From Bugula neritina (taxonomy: Eukaryota > Animalia > Bryozoa): DNA of 64,000 bases. The number at the start of each line of letters is the position of its first letter. The first letter of the stretch is position 1. Where the stretch lies: positions 2,305,628 through 2,369,627 of the forward strand of contig OZ037771.1 in assembly GCA_964035545.1 (NCBI GenBank), in the 5' to 3' direction. Shown here in pieces: positions 26,401 through 38,400 of the stretch. The notes beneath the pieces were generated by a model. The model saw nothing but the letters and a program-made list of their open reading frames with translations. It searched no databases and was not told where the DNA came from. Both the position numbers and the translations under genes were made by a program.

Positions 26401-29400
26401 TGCCGCTGCCAGCCAGAATAATGACAATAAATACAGTTAGACATAATGTGATACAGAAACATGTGGATATGTTATTGTAAGCTACACTGCTAGCTTGAAG
26501 CTGCCTTCAGTAGTCTGGTTATCACAGCAGCATTTGTTTGTTGGTTTAATAGAAGTTCCAAGACCATGGATGTGTTATTGGTCCAAACACTAAATAAATT
26601 GTGTTATTGGAAGGAAAATGTTTGCACCATTCTATACCCTTAAAACTCATATTTTCACAATGAAGTCACACTTGCTAGCCGAGATGGCTGGCTGCATTGT
26701 GTAATCACAACTGTGATCACAGTTGTGTGGCTGTTTCACTGTCGTGCCTGTCAGTGTACGATTATAGCTCCCTAGCTTTTTTTTCTCACTTGAGGGTTAA
26801 AAAATGTGATAATTCACACACATTTCTTGGAAGTCATACTAATTTGTAGTCTTCTATTACTTCCTTTAGTTACAAAGACCATTTGCATTTATATGTCAGC
26901 TGTCTTTAGCCAATGATGTGGTAATATTCTTTTTGTAAAGCTTGTATATGTTATTGAGTAAGGTAACTAACAATGGTAACTACAGAATTATGTTTTACAT
27001 AGGGCTTTCCGGGAAGAAATGGAAGACCAGGATATCCTGGAGAGCAGGGATATGCAGGTTTCAAGGGAAATAAGGTAGTGTGACATGTTATTAAACAAAT
27101 TAGTTTTTACTATTATATATACAAAGACATTAAAAACTCTACAAATAATTTAACTAATGCTGAACTGTAATCATAAAGAAGTTAAGGATCATTTTGTACC
27201 CTTTTACTAATTTATGCTTGCCATTGCACGTGCATATAGGCAAAGCTAGTGTATATATAGTATGACGAGAGAAGATAATTGCTGTTGATATAGTTTCATT
27301 GAATATTTTTAAACCTATAGATTTACAGCAACTTTTTAAAACTAGAAATGATAAAGTGATTCTAGTAATTTGATATTATTCTATATTGCTCTATATATAA
27401 CCTATATATTAATATATTATGGTATATTTTAATGCATTATTCTTTATTGTTTATAACAATTAACTTTCAAGGAATATAGATTGTAACAGCCCCATCTTCT
27501 GTATTTAACTCTTTCTCTTGTATTGACTAATGCAGCTGTATTTCTTATCATGTGTAGGTGAAAGTGCAGTTATGTGAATTAATAAGTAATATTGCATAAA
27601 TGATGAAATGCCATACTTTATGTCTACGTTATATCATCATTGTTATTACCCAGTTAGCTGAGCTATTGACCTTTTAAGCATCAAAAACTAGTAAACATTC
27701 GCAGTAAGAACTTATTTATACTCCCTAAAAGCAAAGCAAAGCGATTGCAGCTACTGAGATAGTAATTAGTATACTCATAATAGTATGCTGTAATCAATCT
27801 ATTTGCTTAATCAACTTACTAATAAACCTAGAATCTTATGCTCTAACTCTTTTACTGCAATATTGTGAAAACTGGTTGAATAGTTAGTGCAGTTGAAAAT
27901 ATGGTTGTTAAGGTAAGACAACTTTAATTATTAGCTTCCTGTAGGAGCTGTTCTTTGCTTGCTTCACACTAATTTGTTTGAATGTTGATTGATTCCGATT
28001 TGTTAAATCAAATTATTTGTCACTAAAAGGTTGACTCAGAGCAGCTAAAAATACAGCACCTGGTGGAAATAGTTAGTGGATGATGATTGTGTAATAGAAT
28101 GCATAAAGTGATAAGAAACAGGCACCTGCTGCGGGCTGGCAGGACATACCTGCTCAGGGTGTCACAAAAGTGTCAAGTGTGCAGTTGCTGCTAATTATAT
28201 GTTATAAATTTTATTACCTCATCTGCTGCAATTTATAGCTTTTTATATAAAAATCTAATTGTGAAGTTACATTCTGTTCATCTGCCCTGGAATCTGTTAA
28301 CACCTTAATAGAACAGTTGACATAACTGACCCTACTAGGTGAGAGTAAAATTTATCTGGCGATTTCCTCAGAATTCAAGCCTACATCTAGGTGTTGCAGT
28401 ATAACATATGCTCTTTGTGTGATAGAGGGAGAGACTGTTTTTGAATCCCTGAGTGTCCTAGGGGTACAATTATGTTTAGCTGGCTACTCCAACAGCTTTT
28501 GTCCTAGAAATTATTGTCATACAATGGGCACCATTCATAAAGCATTAATACTTAATTTGACATGCACAATTTTTATTGTGTAATAGATTTAAATTTCTGT
28601 TTGAGTTATGTTTGACCTTACCTTTAATAAGACACTCCAGGATGTAATTTCAAATATTATTTCTTTGCTGACCATAAAAAGAATTTCATTATTGTCAACG
28701 TTTTTAAAAAAAGACTCCCTGCCGAAATGATACAGTAATTCAATTGGCGTTCTGTAGTCTTTATATTTGACTCTATAAAACTATATTTCAACACTTTTTG
28801 CCCCAAAACCTTTAAAGTAACAGGGTCCAGTAGGCTTTGGTTTATACTCTGCATTGACATTTGCAAACAAGTGTTCGTTTAAGAGTTATTTTTAGTAACA
28901 ATCTGAAATGACACAGCGCCAAGCTGTCACCGAAACCAAACACAAGTTTCCTTTATTAAACACTGTAACATCTACCTATGTTAAACAATGACCTGTTGTT
29001 TGAAAGGACATCTGCTAAGGTCGATACAGGTCATAAAAGTAGACAGCCCCTTGAGCTGCCGGTCTCCCAGTTTATCTACAATGCCCCCAATTTTATAGAC
29101 TGTACTTATTTTAACATATTTTATTCACATTTGATTCTTGCAAATACTCCGTCGTGATGAAAAAATTTTTAGTGTAGGATATTTTTGTTGCAATGTGATT
29201 ATGGTGGTGTTGTAGGGTGCTCCAGGAGAAGACGGATTATCCGGACAGAAGGGTATGATGGGAGAAAGCAGCGAGTCTATTAGCGGAGAGCCGGTAAGTC
29301 AAGATTGATGTCAAGGTCTTTTTTAGTATCCCAAGGTATTAGATGATTTTACTGTTTATATGGCTTGAATTATAACAGGGTGAATTCGGTGAGCCTGGAG

Positions 29401-32400
29401 AACCCGGACCTAAAGGGAAGCTCATTGAAAGCTCTGAACCACCAGAGGAGGTGCTTGGAGAAAAAGGTGTGTTCATTTTGCACAGTTCTCTCATTCAAAC
29501 TTCTGTGAACAGCTTTATGATACTCGAGTTTGTATAACCTGTTGAGTTTGTATAAACTGTTGAGTTTGTATAATCTGTTGAGTTTGTATAACCTGTTGAG
29601 TTTGTATAACCTGTGAGAGTTTGTATGATCTGTTGAGTTTATATAACCTGTTGAGTTTGTATAACCTGTGAGGGTTTGTATGATCTGTTGAGTTTGTATA
29701 ACTTTGAAGTCTGTTTAAAATGAAATATATCTTCAATATAATATTTCAAGTTCCTCCATTTCTAGGTGGTTTACTAAAATCTTTCTGTTTAAATTGGGAG
29801 AATTCATAAATGTTTTCAAATCCTCAATGTTTGGTTGGCTGACTGAGTTGTGGCATGAGATATTTTGGTTCAATGTCTCTAATAATTTCTATAGTTTGAC
29901 TGGTTTAGTATTTCTTAAGAGTTGTCACATCTCAACAACTTTTGTTACAGGTCAGCCCGGTTTTAAAGGTATGCGCGGCATGCCTGGAGATAAAGGTTTC
30001 AGAGGGCGAGATGGACAGAGAGGCCTGGATGGTACCACAGGGCTGAAAGGTATGCTTGTTCACACTTCTCTGTCAGGTTAACTTGCTGATAATATTCAGC
30101 ATTTCCTTGAAATAACCTGGTGTTTGGATTTGTCTTTTCATGTTTGTAAGACTTAATTTATTGTTATTGATAACTTTTGACTATAAAAACAAAATTCAAT
30201 TACTTGTGTTTAAGGTTTATAAGATTATTTTCTCAGCACCATCAAGCTGCATCTATAATCCAGTTTTGCAGTAAATTGTCTATCAAATAAATAATGGTTG
30301 ATAATTTGCATAGACCCAAATTGTTAGTACTGTATTCCAATAACATAACAATTATACAATATGTCTATTTAAATTTATAAATTACCAGTTAAGCCTAATA
30401 TAAATTTATAGCTTTATACTAGTTGATGTGCTAGTATAGTACTGACAGTCACAGTAGTAGTATAGTACTGGTGGTCACAGTAGTATAGTACTGACAGTCA
30501 CAGTAGTAGTATAGTACTGACAGTCACAGTAGTAGTATAGTACTGGCAGTCACAGTAGCAGTATAGTACTGACAGTCACAGTAGTAGTATAGTACTGACA
30601 GTCACAGTAGTAGTATAGTACTGACAGTCACAGTAGTAGTATAGTACTGACAGTCACAGTAGTAGTATAGTACTGGCAGTCACAGTAGTAGTATAGTACT
30701 GGCAGTCACAGTAGCAGTATAGTACTGACAGTCACAGTAGTAGCATAGTACTGACAGTCACAGTAGTAGTATAATACTGACAGTTACAGTAGCAGTATAA
30801 TACCGACAGTCACAGTAATAGTATAGTGCTCACTCATTCAACTCACAGAAATCAAATACTGACCATAGCATTAATACTTGGCAGCTGAAAAAACTTAAGT
30901 TGTCCGCACTTGAAGTTGTCCATAATTACATAATAATTACTTATTACATGCCGTGGTGTAGTTACATGCTTCCAAGAGAGGAAAACTCTAGCTGAGCTAG
31001 TGGTCTATAGAATATCATGTCATAAAATACAAAGTCACATTTTAACTCAAACTTGGTATGATTTTTCTACAGAACACTAGTTCAACTAGAGTTTTCTTCT
31101 CTCTGAAGCTTGTAACTAAACCATTGCATGACATGATTAGGTGATTAGCATGTAACTATAGGTAGTGTGGTCTCTCCCCTTTTCCATGCACACAGTGAAT
31201 CAACAATGTTTCAGTTCATGACTGATTGTGTTACAGCCAAATGGGGAACTTCTCTCTACTAATCTGATTCAGTTGACTGACTGTTTTCTGCATGTGATAC
31301 AGACAATAATCATGGTCATGGTGTACAGTGCCACTGGTTAACATTGTTAGACTATTTAGGTTTTACGACTTGTACCAACTTTACCTTCCATGCCGTTAAA
31401 TCAACATAGATGTAGCCTAATTGGCACCATAACTGGAACCAATAAATATTATATTATTGTGATATACCATCATTAAGTTATATTATTATTATAATTCTTA
31501 TTATATCTTATTACATGATACCATTAAGTAGGTAGGACTTTACTTTTATATTGCTAAACAGCATAAGTAGTGTTGTTGATCAACAGGTATATGTGTGAGT
31601 GTGCGTATACTCAGGATATTGGTATGAATTGCATACAAAACTGTGTCCATAGTTGTTCAAAGAAAAATATATTTAGTCTGTGGTCCATAGTTTTATTAAA
31701 ATTCAATGACTTGAATGTGAAAACTTTACAGTTTACCCCCTATTCACACTTACCGTACCGTACGCCGTAACAGCAAATTTTAGCGATTTTTGTTAACATC
31801 CGGGCTAAATCGTACTCCGGTTTACGTTTAGGCGTTGATCAAGCAGTGCTTGATTCAAAAAATCACGGCGGGCTCCTATTGGGTAGAGTTGATCTGGTAC
31901 TAAAATTTAAAGAACATTTTCGCTAGTTTATTTTAATCGCTTATTTTTGATTTAATTTAATCAATTCAAAAGTTTTAAAAGATTAAAAAATCTTTATCCG
32001 GCTTGTTTGAATTAAACTTAGCTTAAAAATCTAGCTTTCCCTAATTACAAAATCAAGCAAACCAAAAACTTAAAAATGATTTGGACGGCTTAAATATTCA
32101 TTATTTAAATTAGTTTGCACAATTATTTTAAAAACGAATATATTTAAAAAAAAAGATTCTTTTCATGTAATTGCTTTTATTTAGTAAATAGCATTTATAT
32201 AACATCTTTTGATAAGAATGTTGCGAATAAGTTGTAAATAATATTCAAAGGCGTTCAAATCACCGCAGACAAGAGTTGGCTTTATTATGATTGGTCACAG
32301 CTCAACGTCATGCATTGTACTTTTACGGCAATGTGTGAACACCCGTTGACAAAATGCAACAGCGTCGCCATTTTATTTTTGCTGTTACGGCGTACGATAC

Positions 32401-35400
32401 GGTAAGTGTGAATGAGGGGTTAGCCTGTGATCTTTAACAGTGGACAGTGATAAAAGTAAACCCAATACTATGGTGTGCAGCATGAGCAGTATTATTCAGG
32501 TCTGTAAATTACAACATAGTGTTAAGAAAATATGATACTATTGTAATAAAAGTGATATAATATTATAATAGAATAAAAATGAAGAATAAAAATATTTGAT
32601 TTTAAAGCAGCTTCATCTGAATGAATGAATGTTGTAAAATAAATAAATACCATCGTAGTAATTATACCATGACAAATAAAATTCAATATAAAAAAGTCTT
32701 TGTTTATGGTAGTAGACTGGCTCTAAGTTTATAAAAGAAGGAGCTGGAAAAATAGAAGCATATTTGAATTTACTTTATGTTAACATATCTATTACAATTC
32801 CAATGCAAGTGATTCAGATTGTGAGCATTTTATGCTGCCTTCTAAAGGGGATATTATGATATCACTGTTCAGGGTATTAGGAAACCATATCATGTAGTCT
32901 CAGTTCTGTTTAGTCTCCTCCACATCCACCACCACCACTATCTCCCCCTCCACCACTACTTCCCCCTCCACATCCACCACTATCTCCCCCTCCAAAGAAG
33001 CTGTGTCCACCACTGCTCCAATACCCTCCACTTGATGTATTTCCACCTGTTGGTATATCAACACAAATGATTAAAACCCAACCAAGAAATAAATACTAGA
33101 AAAGCTGTTACTGTAATATGAACAACTGACAATAGATTGAATAATAGGGAAATAGCTATTATCAGTATCAATGCCACATGTACTTCAGCTGCAACTATGG
33201 TTAATTGTCAGACAAAAGTTTTTTTAAGAAAATGATAAAGTTTGTACAATGAAAGGTTAAACAGTTGAATATTAATATGACTGTGATAGTAAATTATAAG
33301 GGAAAGGTGAAGGAGGTAGAAGCATACCGTAGGTTTTCTTTTTGGTTCGTGCTCCACTGCTGTGAGTTCTAGATTTTCCAGCTGTAACAATTATAAAGTT
33401 GCATTTGCTGAAACAAGTACTGGGTTTCAGTTTAAGTGCACCCCTTTATAGTTTTACTGAAACTCATTGAAATTATATTTATGCCGAAGCTTACTTTCTA
33501 ATAGTGAAATATGACTCGCCTAATTGGATGACATTTGAAAACGTTATGAATCTGTAGTCAACAGTGAAGAATTATTTCAAATGAAATCAGACATATTTAT
33601 AAAAATTATAAAAAATCTCTCGAATTGCTGCAGCTTTATTTAAAGAGTTTGGGTCAGCCATTTGTTCTACAAGCTAGTAATTAAATGTCCATGTTACAAG
33701 GATTATCAGTATTATTTTGAGAGTTATCAAAAGCTAACAGTTTTGACTGATAGCTTTTAGAATGCAAGGCAACCCGAGAAATTGTTACCTTGGCTAATTC
33801 GAATTTTTGGCTGAGAATCGTGAAGGTATAAAGGTACCATCAGTAAGACATGTATGTAATAAGTAATTCATAAGTAGCAAGATGAAACTGCTTCTTATTG
33901 TAGCTTTAATAACATATAGGTAGGTATGTATCTTATTTGAAGCAGTTTTCTACTCTTATCTATATCACTGTAGTTCAGAAATTAATTATTTATATGTTTA
34001 TTCAATAAAAGGCAAAGTCACCACAATATAAATGACTAGTATAACTAACGTCAGCATAATATACTCATTGTGATAAACAGTAGCTGAAGTTTTTTAACTT
34101 ACAATTTGAGGACGTGTTTCCCATGACTTTTTCAGAGATTTTCTCCTGGTAAATCTATCTCCTTATTTAAAATAAACTATATCTTGCCTGAAAAGACTAG
34201 AATTTTAATCAGATACGAGTGGTTGCTGCTTCGGTTGTTGTGTTGTTTGTGTATGCCTGCGAGTGTATCCCCTGGATATTTATAGTAAATACTATTTCCT
34301 CCAAAGTGTAGGAAAATTCCTATTGTTGGGGATTCCCCGTTATTCACCATCAACATAAAATTATTCATTACAACATTTCGTCACTTATTGCGTAACATAT
34401 ATGCGCGCACAACGTTTTGTGCGCTAGCACTCTTTGAGGTTCAGTCAGTCGTATTATTCAATGGGAATAACCTATCGTCCCGGTTATCAGTTGCAACTAG
34501 CAATGCTGGAGACTTTATCAATTTCATTGAAAATAACTATGATGATTTCATTCGACACTTGAATGAAATATAAAAGAAATTTTGAATAGATTGTGATTCA
34601 ATCTTGCACAAAAATGATACTTTGAAATTATACAGCATAAAATTCCTATCCAGTTCTTGAAGGATGTTGTGAAAAAGCATTGCATGACGAGTCTAACAAT
34701 CTTATTATTTGTGCTTGACTAGGTTAGCAAATTGCACTGGGAAACAGCTTCATCACATGCTCATTGTAAACTATTGCCATAGATTGATAAATGATGATAA
34801 TCATACAAACTTGAAGTCATAAATTTGCTGTTTAGAATTGCCACTGAATTTTGTATTCAACACAGATCATAAAATTGATGCATTTTTAGTGAAAGCAACT
34901 TTTGAATGAATTTTAGCACATTGTTGATGCATACCTAAGGTGGATTTTTAATTAAGTACCTAGTTTTAATATTATTTATAATGTTATTTTCAGGATGGCA
35001 GACAAACATGATATATTATCATACTAGTTATGATCATTCTAAACTGGTAGTATTGGAAAGTCAAGCAAGCATTTTGTATTTACTATACATCTGTTTTGCG
35101 TCAATTCTTTACTGTATACTTTCAAAGAAAGTAATATATTATAGACCCCTCCACTCTAACAACATCTGCTATAGTTACTATACTATATATCTGCTATAGT
35201 TACTATACTATATATCTGCTATAGTTACTATACTATATATCTGCTATAGTTACTATACTATATATCTGCTATAGTTACTATACTATATATCTGTTATAGT
35301 TACTATACTATAATATATCTGTTATAGCTACTATACTATATATCTGTTATAGTTACTATACTATAATATATCTGTTATAGCTACTATAACTACTATGTAT

Positions 35401-38400
35401 ACTATAAAAACAAAGAGAACTAAACTGGGAAAACTAGAATGATGGGTGTTATATTCTCTTGTAGTTTTACATTCATTTTCTATATAATAGAAATTATCAA
35501 CTAAATGTATTATTTCTAGACCATGTTTTCACAATTGTGACTTTTCAAAGTTTGCGTAAGTGATGCAATATGCCAAGTATGGTCTCAATTTATAAATTCC
35601 AGTATCAAATTGTAGCTAAATGATTTTATTTATGAAAAAATTAGTTAAAGTTTCTAGTTGATTGTTACAGTCATTTTAAAAATTGTTACATAATTAGTTA
35701 ATTAACATAAAAGCATTTAGATGTTTTAGTATAAAATTTTCTTTACATAATAGTCTGTTAGCTGGAAATGCATAAAAAAAACAAAAAAATGAGAAATTTG
35801 ATCTTAAAAATGGAGAATGCAGTGGATAAATGTTACATACAAAAATTATAAAACATTATTGGTGGCTCATTTACTTCTGTAAGTCATATTGTAAATAATA
35901 TAATAAAAAGTCTGCCATTAACACCGCTACATTCCCCCTCCGCCACATCCGCCACCCCCTCCGCCACCTCCGCCACCTCCGCCACCATCCCCACCCCCTC
36001 CACATCCACCTCCTCCAAATCCACCTCCTCCAAATCCGCCTCCTCCAAATCCACCTCCTCCAAATCCACCTCCTCCAGCTCTCCTGAAGTGATTGTGCCC
36101 TCTGTTAGCTTTCTTCGCTCTACCACTGTTAGATTTTCTTGCTGTGAGAAATAAACACAGGCAGTTGTGAATAACTGAATAATCTAATCTAGCAGCCATT
36201 TCTTGATGACATCATCTAAAGAGTTTGCTTATCAATTCTTATATTGGAATTAAAATGTACATTTATAGGAGTTGTCCTCCTTTGCTACGTGTAATTCACA
36301 AATTGCTATTTGCGCATCTAAAATAAAACATAGTTACTGTAGTTTTTGATGATGAAAATAACTTTATACAAAAGCTTTATGTTCATATTACTTTGAATAT
36401 TTCACTTACAAGTTGAAGTTGTGTTCCCCATGATGTCTATTCAATGTGAATCCAGTAAATATATAGCGAGAGATGGTGAGAGATCTCTGTGACTATAGTT
36501 TTAGTTGTGTGTTTCTACTGTTGCCACTGACGTACTGTATGTAGACATAGGTGCTTGCATCCGTTATATAGTATCCATTATTTCCTGGCTATCGGGAAAC
36601 ACCGCTTCCACCTGAGGAACTTTTTACTATTGAATGCATTGTGAACAAGATACCTGTACATGCTGGTGCTAGGTGATTGCCAGTAAATGACCTTGTTATG
36701 TAATTAGTGGAATGTTGAATTATATAAATGTATTTATAAGTTGTGAGTCATGTAATCTACTGAGTGGCAGTTATACCAGGATATACTTTAATATAGCAGC
36801 AAGTACTATGAACAGGGAGTGCATATGCAATATTACAACACAATGATACAATACAATGCAATATAATATGTGTGTGCATTTGTATGTATTCAATATATTC
36901 TACTAATTACTTTCTATAAGCTAGAAGCATACAAAATTTCAAGTTCACTTCAAGCTGTGTTTAGAAATTTTTTTCAAAGTCTTTGTCTGCATAAAATTGT
37001 CATTGGTTGTAAAGTTGTGATTTATTTCCCCTGGCATTAACCTGGCGGAGCAAATAAACAACATTTTAAACAATTTTAAAAATGTGTAGTTTACACGGTG
37101 AAATAAAATGCTCATCATGATTTCCAGTCATGAAATAACTGCACATGATTTGTCTACTCTATAATGTGCTGCCGCAGTCTGTCAACTGCTGCCGCAGTCT
37201 GTCAACTGCTGCCGTGCAGATTTAGTTTGAAACTTTTTAACTTATCTCTTTGTCGTTTCTAAACTCTGTAGGAAGCAAAGGAGATTTTGGTCCTCTTGGA
37301 GTTGAGGGTAAAACTGGTAGGTCTGGTTTTGACGGCCGTCCTGGCACTAAAGGTCAACCTGGCGAGAAGGGAACTTCTGGTGAAGATGGATTTGATGGTA
37401 TTCCTGGTGACAAGGGTGAACCTGGTATACAAGGCCCTCAAGGTAAATGTAACTTGCATAATGTTAAATGTATAGCAACAATTATGTTTTGAAAACGTTA
37501 AAAATAGTTATGAAGGTAAGTACTTCATTCTGGACTAGTTTTTGCTGGTTTTTATACTTACTCAATAATAGAATTTTATGATGCCAAAAAATAATCTGTT
37601 TTTTCGAGAATTGTAAATATTGTCATAGAAGATTGTATTGAAGCTGTTAGGTAGTATCACCACATGGATACTATTTTATGAATGCAGGTGTACAAGGGGA
37701 AAGGGGGCCTGATGGGAAATTTATACCTTTTCTAAAGGGTATAAGCGGCTTGCCTGGAGTTCCCGGTAGACAAGGTTTGTTTTCTCTTTGTTTACTTATA
37801 ACTAATTGGCAGACAACACAGCAGTAATAATACTGTGCATTAACTTCTGCTCCAACAGTTGTCCAGTTAGGTATTCTAGCAGGCTCTATTCCAGTTCAGC
37901 CATTTTCTTTTATTAACAAATAATTTCTCATGACAGTAAAAATATATTCTAGAATTTGTGTTGGCCAGTAGTTTCTGTGATACTTTGCGGTTCAGTAATT
38001 TAACCAAATTTTGTGGTTGAATTACTTTTTATAGTTTTGTAGGAATTTAATTTCATTAAATAATTGAATGAAGTAGCTCGCTGACGATATTGTAGCTCAT
38101 TGCGTGTCTGAACTCGAAACTCTTGTAGTGTAGAAACCTACTGCTGCTTATATTGTTTATTTGTCATGTGTGCAGGGCCAATGGGAGATACTGGAGCTAA
38201 AGGAGCCCCAGGTCCAGTGGGAATTCCCGGTCAAGATGGGAATAAAGGTGCCAAGGGTGTTCCTGGAGAACCAGGTTTACCTGGTATACGCAGTCCTGTT
38301 AGAAGGTCTCCCAAAGGTGAGTCTAGTTTTTTTAATTTCACTCAAAAGTCAGTGAAACTTTTACAGTTTTAGGTTAGCTACTTATAAATATAGACTACTC

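Noticed and set aside
34177-34368. 63-aa minus-strand ORF
   Set aside because: Overlaps the kappaB sites, TATA box and probable non-coding first exon of micro-gene B; no coding features.
35884-36126. ORF with (EEVDL)n acidic repeats
   Set aside because: Alternative frame of the GGGGF-coding repeat. The Gly frame is the one joined in phase to the MGNT exon and mirrored by paralog B.
36142-36199. N-terminus [19 protein letters not shown] of ORF-track 35927..36199
   Set aside because: Intron sequence ending in the acceptor ttctcacag; the better-supported start is the spliced ATG at 36431.
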